Positions 9,997 to 19,882 of a stretch of 64,000 bases of DNA are shown here, one piece after another. The DNA lies in assembly GCA_963807755.1 (NCBI GenBank), contig CAWECM010000004.1, positions 46,543-110,542 on the forward strand. Direction: 5' to 3'. The notes under the pieces are model-generated. The model was given only the letters and a program-made list of their open reading frames with translations, did no database searches and had not been told where the DNA came from. How positions within the stretch are numbered: the first letter of the stretch is position 1; every line of letters begins with the position of its first letter. The stretch comes from an uncultured bacterium (GTDB lineage: Bacteria > Actinomycetota > Thermoleophilia > Solirubrobacterales > 70-9). Position numbers and translations under genes: made by a program.

Positions 9997-11909
9997 CTAC
10001 GGGGAAATCAGCTCGGCGAGCCCTTCAGGCCCCATCGCGCCCAGATCCCCCTCGTCGTGGGAGCGGACCGCGAGATCGCCGGAATCGAGCTCCTCGGTCG
10101 CCGATCACGACCATGAACGGGAGCTTCCGCGAGCTCGGCGTCCCGGATCTTGCGGCCCACGGACTCGCCGCGCTCGTCGACGCTGACTCGCAGCCCGCGG
10201 CCCTCGAGCTCGGCCGCCACCTCGCGGGCGCGCTCGGAGTGGCGGTCGGCCACCGGGAGCACGCCGACCTGAACCGGGGCGAGCCAGGCTGGGAACCGTC
10301 CGGCGTAGTGCTCGATGAGGATTCCCGCGAAGCGCTCCATCGATCCCAGGAGCGCACGATGGATCATCACCGGCCGATGCTCGGCGTTGTCATCGCCCTG
10401 GTAGGTCAGCTCGAAGCGCTGTGGCATCTGGAAATCCACCTGGCAGGTGCCGCATTGCCATGAGCGGCCGAGCGCATCGGTGATGTGGAAGTCGATCTTG
10501 GGGCCGTAGAAGGTCCCCTCGCCGGGGCTCACCCGGTAGTCGCGCCCCTGGCGCTCGAGCGCCTCGCGAAGCGCCTCGGTCGCACGGTCCCACTCCTCGG
10601 CGGTCCCGATCGACTTGTCGGGCCTGGTCGAGAGCTCGACCTCATAGTCGCCGAACCCGAAGCGCTCGTAGAGCTCGTCGACGGCCTCGCAGATCGAGTC
10701 CACCTCGTCGGCGATCTGCTCCATCGTGCAGAAGACGTGACCGTCGTCCTGGGTGAAGGCCCGGACACGCAGAAGCCCGTGGAGGACGCCCTCGCGCTCG
10801 TGCCGGAACACGTGCCCGAACTCCGCCATCCGCAGCGGCAGGTCGCGGTACGAGCGGCGCTCCGAATCGAAGACGAGGCATGCTCCCGGGCAGTTCATCG
10901 GCTTCAGCGCGAACTCGCGGCCGTCGACCTCGGAGAAGTACATGTTCTCGCGGTAGTTGTCGTAGTGGCCGGAGCGGTGCCAGAGGTCGACGTCCATGAC
11001 GTGCGGCGTTGAGATCTCCACGTAGCCGCGTTTGCGGAGCTGCTTGTGGTCCTCCGCTTCGATCAGCCGCAGCAGCACCGCCCCCTCCGGAAGCCAGAAC
11101 GGCATCCCCGGCGACTCCGGGCGCAGGCGGAACAGGCCGAGCTCGGGTCCCAGGCGACGGTGGTCCCGTGCGCGGGCCTCCTCGAGGAGGCGCTCGTGCT
11201 CCTCCAGGTCGGCGTTCTTGAAGAACGCGGTTCCGTAGATGCGGCTCAGCATCTGCCGGCTCTCGTCGCCGCGCCAGTACGCACCCGCCACCGAGGTCAG
11301 CTTGAACGCCTTGATCCGCTTGGTCGACGGCCCGTGCGGCCCCAGGCACAGGTCGGTGAACGGCCCGTTGCGGTAGAGGGACACGGTCTCGATCCCCTGG
11401 TCGCGAACCAGGTCCTCGATCAGCTCGACCTTGTACGGCTGGTCCTCGGCCCGGAACCGCTCGAGCGCCTCGGCGACCGTGACGTCTCTCCGCTCGAAGG
11501 ACTCGTCGGCCGCCACGTGCTTGGCCATCGCCTCCTCGATCGCAGGCAGGTCGTCCGCCGACGGGCGGAAGCCGTCCGGGAACTCGAAGTCGTAGTAGAA
11601 GCCCGAGTCGATCGCGGGCCCGATCGAGACCTTGGTCTCGGGCCAGAGGTCGAGGACGGCGGTCGCCAGGACGTGCGCCGTGTCATGCCGGATCAGCGCG
11701 AGGGCGTCGTCGTCCCTGTCGGTCAGGAGCTCGATCTCGGCTCCGTCGGGCAGTGGGCGGGCGAGGTCGCGCAGCTCGCCGTCCACGCGGATCGCGAGCG
11801 CCGCCTTCGCCAGCCCCGGTCCGATCGCCGCAGCGGCGTCGGCGCCCGTCGCGTCCTGCTCGAGCTCGAGCGCCGTCCCGTCGGGGAGCTTGACCGTGAT
11901 CCGCGCCAT
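9997..11909 (-). pseudogene. thrS: threonine--tRNA ligase, two frame breaks in the last ~45 codons
   Basis: ORF 10008..11909 is ThrRS (TGS domain, HRSGHYDNY, class II motifs) up to ...GRKIRDAEL. The next segment, RKLPFMVVIGDR, is in frame +1, and EELDSGDLAVRSHDEGDLGAMGPEGLAELISP* is in frame +2, ending at TAG 9997-9999. This fits two 1-nt insertions near 10128 and 10092. Confidence 0.85.
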
Positions 11910-11978
11910 GAGGACGGATGATGCTATTGGGGGCCGCTACGGTCTTGGAGACAGGGAAAGCGACTCCAAGGAGGAGCG

Positions 11979-12437
11979 ATGAAGAGCAGACTTACGCTGG
12001 CGGGAGGCGTAGTCGCGCTGATCGCGGCCCTCATACTTCCGGCTGCGGACGCAGCCGCGCCGGCCGTGCAGCTCTCGGCGAAGCTGAAGGGCGCGAAAGA
12101 GGTGCCCGGGCCGGGCGACGCGAACGGCAAGGGCGAGATCTTCGTGGCGGTGAAGAAGCAGAAGCGCAAGGTCTGCTTCGCGCTGAGGTTCCGCAAGGTC
12201 GAGTCCCCGGAGGCCGGTCACATCCACAAGGGCGGCCGCACCGACGCCGGGCCCGTGAAGGTCCTGCTGTTCGAGGATCCGTCGGGGCTGCCCGGTCACA
12301 GGTTCGAGGATTGCGTCAAGGGCAAGCGGAAGACCCTGCGCAGGATCGCGCGGAATCCTGAGAACTACTACGTGAACATCCACAACGACGACTACCCGGA
12401 CGGGGCGATCCGCGGGCAGTTGAAGCCCGCGCTCTAA
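11979..12437 (+). CDS. secreted CHRD domain protein
   Basis: Signal peptide MKSRLTLAGGVVALIAALILPAADA. CHRD-type motifs AGHIHKGGRTDAGPV and YYVNIHNDDYPDGAIRGQL. Strong AAGGAGG Shine-Dalgarno sequence. Confidence 0.75.
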   Translation: MKSRLTLAGGVVALIAALILPAADAAAPAVQLSAKLKGAKEVPGPGDANGKGEIFVAVKKQKRKVCFALRFRKVESPEAGHIHKGGRTDAGPVKVLLFEDPSGLPGHRFEDCVKGKRKTLRRIARNPENYYVNIHNDDYPDGAIRGQLKPAL

Positions 12438-12446
12438 GCGTCCCTT

Positions 12447-13397
12447 ATGAGTGTGAACCACCGCCCTGAGCGCCTTCTCTATTTCGCGGGGACAGCGTTC
12501 ACCGGATCGACGCTCTCGGCCTTCATGCTCAACCTGCATCCGCAGATCGTGAGCGTTGGCGAGGCCGCGGGCCCGGCTCGGGGCCGCGAGGCGCGTGTGA
12601 AGAGTGGTGAATACGCGTGCTCGTGCGGCGCGCCGCTGGCAGAGTGCCCCTTCTGGACGACCGTCGGAGAGGAGGTGAGGGCGCGTGGCCTGGAGTTCGA
12701 CCTATGGGACTGGGACATGCGCTTCGATCCCGACGACCTCCCCGCTCGCCGGCTCCTCACGAGCTCGCTGCGAAGCAATCGTGCCGACGATCTGCGCGAG
12801 GCCCTGATCCTGCGTACGCCCGGGCTCGGAGAGCGCTTCCGAGCAACCGCGCACCGTAACGAGGCGATCATGGCCAGTGTCTGCTCGGTCGCCGGAAAGC
12901 CGGTCTTCGCCGATACGTCGAAAGGAGTGTTTCGCGCGCGATGCCTGGACCGGCTTACCGATCTGCAGCCATACGTCGTTCATCTGGTGCGCGACTCCCT
13001 GGGGTTCGTCGCGTCCAAGAAGTCCCGCAGGGAAAAGAATCCCAGGGGCGCGGAGCTTGGCAACGCGATCCGGTACTGGAATCGCAGAGCCGCCCAGGTC
13101 GAGCGCCTCTTCGCGACCCTCCCACCGGAGCGGCGGCTCCGCGTGCGCTACGAGGATCTCTGCACGGACCCGGAGCGCGAGTTCGGACGCATCTGCAGTC
13201 TGGTCGGGCTCGAACCCCTTCCCGGCCCATACGACTTCCTGACCGGCGATCACCACATCATCGGCAACCCCATGCGTCTTGCGAGTTCCAGCGAGGTGGT
13301 GCTCGACGAGCGGTGGCGGTCGATCTTGAGCAGCGACGAGGTCGACACCGTGCGGCGCAAGACGAATGGCTTTCGCGAGAAGTTCGGCTACGCGTGA
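12447..13397 (+). CDS. sulfotransferase family protein
   Basis: 316 aa. PAPS-binding-like FAGTAFTGSTL (5'-PSB) and HLVRDSLGFVASKK (3'-PB), plus RYEDLCTDPE. Confidence 0.7.
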   Translation: MSVNHRPERLLYFAGTAFTGSTLSAFMLNLHPQIVSVGEAAGPARGREARVKSGEYACSCGAPLAECPFWTTVGEEVRARGLEFDLWDWDMRFDPDDLPARRLLTSSLRSNRADDLREALILRTPGLGERFRATAHRNEAIMASVCSVAGKPVFADTSKGVFRARCLDRLTDLQPYVVHLVRDSLGFVASKKSRREKNPRGAELGNAIRYWNRRAAQVERLFATLPPERRLRVRYEDLCTDPEREFGRICSLVGLEPLPGPYDFLTGDHHIIGNPMRLASSSEVVLDERWRSILSSDEVDTVRRKTNGFREKFGYA

Positions 13398-13430
13398 CGC
13401 CGGCGGTCCCGGCCAGGGATGCCCAGGAGC

Positions 13431-15220
13431 TCACCCGGAGGGCTCGGCCCGGTCCCCGTCCGCGATGAACGGACAGCGAGGGCCGGGCTGCGGGTCCGCG
13501 ACCGAAGCGAGGTCGAACGCTTCGGGCCCTTCGTAGGCGATCACGTTCTCGATGCCGTCCGGCAGCTTGGAAAAGCCCCTGCCCGCAGGCGGGGTTGCGG
13601 CACACACGTTGCCGCCCCGAAGCTCCCACAGGAACAGGTCCTCACCGCGCTCCTCCAAAAGGAGATCCGCGGGGGCGGTGATCAGGGTGTCGTGCCCGTC
13701 CTCGCCTCCGGGGCCGAGCCGGCCGCTCTCGCGTAGCTCGATCAGGCCCGGACCCCATTCGGTTGGGCCCACCGGCCCGTTCGCCAGCGCCAGGACGCTG
13801 CCTGCGGCCGCGGGCACGCAGAACGCCACCGCGAGGGCGGGCACGGCCAGCGCGCGGCCGGTGGCCACGCGCAGCTCGGCAAAGACAGGCGTGGCCGCGA
13901 GCAGGGCGCGGGCTGAGATGAGCATCGCGAGCGGGGCGGCGATGGCGATCGCCTTCGCCTCCTGGTAGGGCGTGCCGGCGACCAGCGGATAGAGGTAGAG
14001 GATCGCGGCCGCGCCGAGGGCCGCCGGGACCGCGAGCTCGCGCCGACCGAGCCACCACCAGAGGCCGAAGCCGAGCGCCGCAAGGCCGACCAGGCCGCCG
14101 AGCCAGAACGCGGCGGCCGGAGCGAAGCCGGCGCCCGGATCGAGACGGAAGTCCCCCGAAGGCCAAATTCCCAGCGCCTCCAGGGGCGAGATCGCGTTGA
14201 ACAGGTTGCCCAGGCCGTCGCCATCGGGGTCGAAGGTCTCGAAGCTCCCGAAGTCCGCGATCCGGCCCAGCTCGGGAGCGATCGCCACCACCATGGTCCC
14301 CACGGCGAGGGCACCCGGGACGAGCGCTGCGCGAAACGGCTGGAGGCTCCGGCGAGCCACCAGTTCCGCGATCCCCCAGATCCCGGCCGCGCCAAGCAGC
14401 CAGGCCAGGCCGGGGAAGCTGTAGGTGTAGATCGACCCGACCGCCAGGGCCGCGAGGGGGACGGCCGCCAGCAGGCGCCACCGCGCGGCGGGCTCCGGGC
14501 CGCCGAGAGCGCCCTGCGCCAGCTGCTGGAGGCCGATCGCGAAGGCAAGGACGAAGAGCGCCTGCATCGTTTCCTTGAACGCGCCCTGGATCAGGTAAGA
14601 CGCCGCCATGTAGGCGAGCCCGATCAGCAGCGCCCCACCGACCTGGCGGATCCTGGCGAGCCCACCGAGGAGCTCGAGGGCGGCGAGGGACGCGGCCACG
14701 GCAACCGCCAGGGTGATCCCGCCAAAGGCCTGCAGCAGGCTCGGGCCGGCCTGGGAGACCGCGACGACGATCGCGTGGGGGCCGAGCGGGTAGCCCTCGG
14801 TGATCAGCCGCTCCTCCCCCCGTTTGCGAGCCGATCGGCGGCGAACAGATGCTGAGACATGTCCGGGTTGAGCGAGGTCCCGAGGATCCCGAACCGGCCC
14901 TCGACCGCGAACGGCAGCGAGGCGAGGACGATCGCGGCCGCCACCACGACCAGGCCGACACCGGCCCTCGGCATCGTGAGCTCGCCGGCGGAGGCCCACG
15001 CGCCGAGGCCGCCGACCGCGAGTAGGGCGATCGCCGCCAGCGCCACGGCTGGCTCGTCGGTCAGGTTCAGCCCACCCCAGGCAACCCCGGTGAGCACGGC
15101 CATCCCGACGGCCGGCGAGAGCCAGCTCCATTCCCGGCGGCCACAGAGCGCGAACAGCCCCTGGCCCGATGCGGCCGCCGCGACGAGGATCACCGCGAGC
15201 GATGCGTAGGTGCCGACCAT
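13431..15220 (-). pseudogene. large polytopic membrane protein (function unknown), one frame break
   Basis: The N-terminal TM segments are in ORF 14804..15220 (MVGTYASLAVILVAAAASG...FAADRLANGG). The remainder, starting EERLITEGYPLGPHAIVVAV..., is in the frame of ORF 13431..15347. The junction is at the C6 run 14816-14821. It has many hydrophobic helices and a soluble C-terminal tail. Confidence 0.6.
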
Positions 15221-15259
15221 GGGGCGGCGAGCCTACCGACGGCGGATGTCGCCGACCGC

Positions 15260-15730
15260 CTAGAGGTCGCGCTCGTAGAAGATCATCAGGGGCCCGTCCG
15301 GAGCGCCTTCGCGATTCGTGAAACCGAGCTTCTCGTAGAGCGCGCACGCCGCCTTGTCGTCCACGCTCGTGCCCAGGTGGATGAAGCCGGTCCCGCGGGA
15401 CCGCGCGAGCTCGAGCGCCGCCTCGAGCAGAGCCTGCCCGAGCCCCTCGCCGCGGCGGTCCGGCGCCACGTAGAGCTCCTCCAGGTACGCGTCGATGCTC
15501 TCGGTCCAGAGCGCGGGCCTGAAGCGCAGCACCGCGATCCCGTGTGGGCCTGCGCCCCCGAGGAGGATCACGGCCTCGCCCGCGTCGATCAGGGGGACGA
15601 GCCGGCGGGTGAGAGCCTCGACGCCAGGCGTGGCCTCGTCGAACTCCGTGTTGAAGTCGTGCAGGAGCGATGCCGCTGCGCTGGCATCGGAAGCGTCGGC
15701 AATCCTGACGCGGGGTGGGTCAGCGGCCAC
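15260..15730 (-). CDS. GNAT family N-acetyltransferase
   Basis: ORF 15260..15793 trimmed to GTG 15728-15730 because upstream codons overlap the tRNA. Acetyl-CoA motif VAPDRRGEGLGQALLEAALELARSRG. Confidence 0.75.
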   Translation of the reverse strand: MAADPPRVRIADASDASAAASLLHDFNTEFDEATPGVEALTRRLVPLIDAGEAVILLGGAGPHGIAVLRFRPALWTESIDAYLEELYVAPDRRGEGLGQALLEAALELARSRGTGFIHLGTSVDDKAACALYEKLGFTNREGAPDGPLMIFYERDL

Positions 15731-15735
15731 GGTAG

Positions 15736-15808
15736 TGGGCACTACTGGGCTCGAACCAGTGACCTCCGCCTTGTCGAGGCGGCGCTCTCCCAACTGAGCT
15801 AAGCGCCC
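15736..15808 (-). tRNA. tRNA-Val (anticodon GAC); anticodon loop reads UCGACAA (C at position 33)
   Basis: Folded by hand: GGGCGCT/AGTGCCC acceptor, GCTC/GAGC D stem, CCGCC/GGCGG anticodon stem, ACTGG-TTCGAGC-CCAGT T arm, discriminator A. No encoded CCA. Confidence 0.85.
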
Positions 15809-15837
15809 GGGACGTGGAATCTAGCAGCGGGTTTCGC

Positions 15838-17283
15838 TCACCCCGACGCGCCGGCGGCGTTCCCGGCGGCGATCGCGCGGCGGGCGGCGTCGGGGTACCG
15901 GAGGATCTTGTCGAGCGTTGCCTCCGGCACCTCGTAGCCCAGCCGGTCGAGGTACCCGGACGTCTCCAGATCGTTGAGGTCGTGCGGTTTCGCGCGCTCC
16001 GGTTGCGCGCCGGGCTGGAGGATGCAGGGCGTCGCGAGAATCGCGTTGGGGTCGGGCAGCGAGGGTCGATTGAAGTTCGGGTTCCGCCAGTTGAAGCTCC
16101 GGCCGATGTTGGTCGCGAACTTGTGGCGACGGTTCAGGTGGCCAAGCCCGAACCGGTACGACAGCAGCTTCAGGATCGACTCGTGCGTGACCCGCATGTG
16201 GCTGACCCGGCCGCCCCGCGTGTAGGGGGAGATCGCGACGCCGGGGACCCGGAACCCGCAGAAGCCCCAGTCCTCCTCGAGGTTGCGCCGGTCGCGGCGG
16301 CCGTCCGGCACGAACGGCGGCGAGACGTGGTCGAAGAAGCCGCCCCACTCGTCGTAGTTGATGAACATCGCGCCGCGCCGGTATTGGGGCGATTCGATGA
16401 ACGCGTGCACGACGTCGGACATGAACGCCTGGCCGAGGCGGATGTCACCGTGCGGATGCTCGTCCGCCGAGAGCCCGTTGCCGCCGCCGCCGTCGCGGAA
16501 TGGCGGGTCGACGAAGCAGATGTTCGGCAGGTTGCCGGTGAGAGCGTCGACGTAGAACAGCGGCATCGGGCGGATCCACGGCAGCGCGCGCGCCCCGTAG
16601 AGCAGGCCGAACGGGAGGTCCGAGGGGTAGTACGCGACGCTCACGCCGCGCTTCCGCGCGCGGTCGAAGATCGTCTCCCAGGTGAACCCGAGGTTTTCGT
16701 TGACCGGGAGCTCGTTCGACTTCTGCCCCCCGTTCTGGGCGCCCCATTGGTAGTGCCGGTTCGGGTAGGTGGATGCCATGATCGAGCAGAACCAACGGTC
16801 GTAGAGCGTGTAGGCATCCGCGGCGTGCGGAAGGAAGGGCACGTCCCGCTCGAGGTAGTAGCCGATCGCGAACTCGTCGCTGCCCGCGCCCGATGCGTTC
16901 CCGGTGACGAACCGGTTGTTCCGCCCGCCGTTCCATTGCCACCGCCCGCCGCTCCAGCCGTGGTCGGGATCCGGATGTCCGCAACCCTGGAAGTCCGGGG
17001 TCAGCCGATGCGTGGGGATCCTGTTGCCGTTCCCGTCGGGGTATCGCAGGCCCGTGTTCCTGGCGTCGGCTCGAGGGTGCCAGCCGAGGTAGTGGTCGAA
17101 CGAGCGGTTCTCCATCATCAGGACGACGAACGTGTCGATCGGCAGGTTCCGCGGCGAGGGCAGCCGGTGCCGGTTCGCCCGACGCGCCGCTTCCGCGACG
17201 AGTTGGTCCGCGCCCATGGTCGCCGCGAACGAGGCCGAGCCGGCCACCGCGGCCGTGCGGGCGAGGAACTCACGCCGGCGCAT
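15838..17283 (-). CDS. phosphoesterase family protein (phospholipase C / acid phosphatase type) with Tat signal
   Basis: ORF 15838..17385 trimmed to ATG 17281-17283 (MRRREFLARTAAVAGSASFAA twin-arginine signal). Carries VVLMMENRSFDHYLG, ASTYPNRHY and GFRVPGVAISPY. Confidence 0.8.
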   Translation of the reverse strand: MRRREFLARTAAVAGSASFAATMGADQLVAEAARRANRHRLPSPRNLPIDTFVVLMMENRSFDHYLGWHPRADARNTGLRYPDGNGNRIPTHRLTPDFQGCGHPDPDHGWSGGRWQWNGGRNNRFVTGNASGAGSDEFAIGYYLERDVPFLPHAADAYTLYDRWFCSIMASTYPNRHYQWGAQNGGQKSNELPVNENLGFTWETIFDRARKRGVSVAYYPSDLPFGLLYGARALPWIRPMPLFYVDALTGNLPNICFVDPPFRDGGGGNGLSADEHPHGDIRLGQAFMSDVVHAFIESPQYRRGAMFINYDEWGGFFDHVSPPFVPDGRRDRRNLEEDWGFCGFRVPGVAISPYTRGGRVSHMRVTHESILKLLSYRFGLGHLNRRHKFATNIGRSFNWRNPNFNRPSLPDPNAILATPCILQPGAQPERAKPHDLNDLETSGYLDRLGYEVPEATLDKILRYPDAARRAIAAGNAAGASG

Positions 17284-17448
17284 CGTGCCCTCGGGGTCAA
17301 GCGCGAGATCGCACTCCAGCGCGTCCTCGTCGGCGTACTCACCGTCCGCGAGCCGGTGCGAGTGGTCGGCGGGCCTCCCGATCACAGGCCCTTCTTACAC
17401 CGGATCGACCGGGCCGGGTCGCAGTTCGTGTGAACGCTGGAGCTCGCC

Positions 17449-17778
17449 TTAGCCCGGCTCGGGACCGACCCGCAGCTTGAGGCCCTGTACGGCGGTCACG
17501 CGCACCCGATCGCCCGGCGCGAATGCGCTCCCGTCCTCGGCCACGGCGGACCAGATCTCGCCGCGGAGCGTCACCCGCCCCTCCGGGTCGCAGGCCTCGG
17601 TCACCTCGGCCCGCTCGCCGATCATCCCCTCCGCGCCGCCGCGCACGCGATAGCGGCCCAGGAACCGCTTCCACAGGTAGAGCTCGCCAACCTCGATCAC
17701 GGCGGCGACGCAGACGCCGATGACGTTCCACGGGGAGGGAAGGACGAAGAGGCCGACGATCGAAGCGGTGAGCAGCAT
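17449..17778 (-). CDS. NfeD family protein (short form)
   Basis: ORF trimmed to ATG 17776-17778 (MLLTASIVGLFVLP...). Two TM helices followed by an OB-like tail: G.RAEVTEACDPEGRVTLRGEIWSAVA...GDRVRVTAVQGLKLRV. Confidence 0.7.
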   Translation of the reverse strand: MLLTASIVGLFVLPSPWNVIGVCVAAVIEVGELYLWKRFLGRYRVRGGAEGMIGERAEVTEACDPEGRVTLRGEIWSAVAEDGSAFAPGDRVRVTAVQGLKLRVGPEPG

Positions 17779-17806
17779 GGGCTCAGCACCGTAGCCGGGT
17801 CCGGCC

Positions 17807-19009
17807 TCAGTCCAGCTGCGCCACCGACTCCCCCAGATCCGCGAAGCGATCCGCCTGCGCCTCGCGCAGGTGACGAGCGGCGAAGGCACGCGCGGACGCC
17901 ACGAGCCGCTCCCCCAACGCCGGGTCCGCACGAACCTCGCGGACCGCCTCGGCCAAGGCCTCCGGATCACCATGAGGAACGGTGAGGCCAAGGCCCTCCG
18001 TCTCGATCAGCCGCCGGAGCTCGCCCGTACAGGCCGCGACGATCGGCCGCCCGATCGCACACGCGTCGTAGAGCTTGGCCGAGACGACCAGATCCTGACG
18101 TTCGGACACGAGCACCACGTCGGCTGCGCGGAGGTGCCGTCCCGCCTCGGCAGGGGACATCAGGGGCCGCACGTCGACCTGGCCGGGCAAGGCCTCCGCC
18201 TCACGCGCGACGCCGGCGCGCCGCGGCCCCTCGCCGATGACCAGGAGGAGGTAGTCGTCGCCGAGCAGCCGTTGAGCTTCGAGCGCGTGCTCCACGCCGT
18301 GCGCGAGCCCGATGTTGCCGGCGTACGCCCAGACGAAGCGGCTCGGCGGGAGCCCGACGGCGTCCCTGTCCACCGACATGGCCCCGGCATCCAGCCACGC
18401 CTGGGTGGTCCCGTTGGCGATCGCGACGATCTGCTTCCCGGCGGGCGCCCGATCGGCGATGTACCCGGCGAAGGCGTCATTCGCCGTGACCACCGCGCTC
18501 GCCTTCGCGTAGACCCATCGCTCCATCCGTTCGAGCATGTCGGTCACCCGCCCCGGCGCGAGCTCTCCCACGGCGATCGGTGTGTACGGCCAGAGATCGC
18601 GAATGTCGAGCAGCAACGGCACGCGATGGCGCATCGCGACGAGCGCTCCGGCGGCGGCGACACTTAGCGGCGGCGAGCTGGCGACCACCAGATCCGGCCG
18701 CGACCGCAGCATGCCGGCCCCCGTCGCCAGACCGGCGTAGGAGCCGTAATAGGCAAGTCGCGTGCGCGGGGTCTTTTGCCGCGACGTGGCCACCCACAGG
18801 TAGGTCACCCGAGCGCCGCCGACGCGCCGTTGGATGCGCGGCCGCCCCCGAAAGCCGTCCTCGACGACGCCGCTGGGATGGTTGGGCACGGGGCAGACGA
18901 CGTCGACCTCGTGGCCCTTCCGCACGAACGCGTCCACGAACGCCTCGACGCGGAAGCGGCCGGCGGTTACCTCGGGCGCGTAGTGCTGGGTGAGGAGGAG
19001 AACGCGCAT
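17807..19009 (-). CDS. glycosyltransferase family 4 (WcaI/WbuB-like)
   Basis: 400 aa: MRVLLLTQHYAPEVTAGRFRVEAF..., with a GT-B C-terminal half carrying the E..G motif region. Confidence 0.8.
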   Translation of the reverse strand: MRVLLLTQHYAPEVTAGRFRVEAFVDAFVRKGHEVDVVCPVPNHPSGVVEDGFRGRPRIQRRVGGARVTYLWVATSRQKTPRTRLAYYGSYAGLATGAGMLRSRPDLVVASSPPLSVAAAGALVAMRHRVPLLLDIRDLWPYTPIAVGELAPGRVTDMLERMERWVYAKASAVVTANDAFAGYIADRAPAGKQIVAIANGTTQAWLDAGAMSVDRDAVGLPPSRFVWAYAGNIGLAHGVEHALEAQRLLGDDYLLLVIGEGPRRAGVAREAEALPGQVDVRPLMSPAEAGRHLRAADVVLVSERQDLVVSAKLYDACAIGRPIVAACTGELRRLIETEGLGLTVPHGDPEALAEAVREVRADPALGERLVASARAFAARHLREAQADRFADLGESVAQLD

Positions 19010-19046
19010 GCCTCCGGCAGCCTAGCCTCGCGTACAGTGATCTCCG

Positions 19047-19853
19047 ATGAGCACCGGGGATGCAACCGAGGGTGGAAGCGCTACCGAGCGCGAAGCGCCG
19101 CTCCGGGTCCTCTTCATCACCGAGGACGACCCGCTCTACGTGATCGAGTTCTTCGACTCGTTCCTCGACGCATACCCGCACGAGCGCCTCGAGGTGGCCG
19201 GGATCACGATCAGCCGCGCCTTCAACGAATCACGCCTGGCCACCGCGCGGCGGGTGCTCCGCCTCTACGGCGTCGGCGACTTCGCAAAACTCGCCGCCCG
19301 CTTCGCCCAGGCGAAGCTCCGTCGCCGCTCGATCGAGTCGCTGGCCCGGCGGTCCTCGATCGCGCTGCTCCCGACCGCCTCGGTGAACGACCCTTCCTAC
19401 ATCCGCCGAGTGCGGGAGCTCGCCCCGGATGTGATCGTCTCCGTTGCCGCCCCCGAGATCTTCCGGGAGGAGCTGCTCGGATCGGCCGCGATGGGGTGCG
19501 TGAACATCCACTCGGGCCGGCTTCCGACCTACCGCGGGATGATGCCGGTGTTCTGGCAGATGCTCAATTCCGAGCCGCACGTGACGGTCACCGTGCACGA
19601 GATGGCGGCCCAGCTGGACGCTGGGGCCGTGCTCGGCACGGTCGAGCTGCCGATCCTGCCGTCGGATCGTCTTTCCCGCCTGATGGTCGAAGGCAAGCGC
19701 GAGGGCGCGCGGCTCTTGATCCGGGTGCTCGAGGACCTCGCGCAGGGCGAGGCTAACCCGAAGCCCCTGGACCTGGAGCAGGCGTCGTACTTCTCCTTCC
19801 CCGGCCCGACGGAGGCGCGCGAGCTTCGCGCCCGGGGTCACGCCCTCGTCTAG
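19047..19853 (+). CDS. formyltransferase family protein (Fmt/ArnA-N-like)
   Basis: 268 aa. NIHSGRLPTYRGMMPVFW matches the HxSLLPxxRG formyltransferase motif. Divergent from the GT4 gene. Confidence 0.75.
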   Translation: MSTGDATEGGSATEREAPLRVLFITEDDPLYVIEFFDSFLDAYPHERLEVAGITISRAFNESRLATARRVLRLYGVGDFAKLAARFAQAKLRRRSIESLARRSSIALLPTASVNDPSYIRRVRELAPDVIVSVAAPEIFREELLGSAAMGCVNIHSGRLPTYRGMMPVFWQMLNSEPHVTVTVHEMAAQLDAGAVLGTVELPILPSDRLSRLMVEGKREGARLLIRVLEDLAQGEANPKPLDLEQASYFSFPGPTEARELRARGHALV

Positions 19854-19882
19854 CGGAGCGCGCCGCGGGCTTGGAGCACGTG

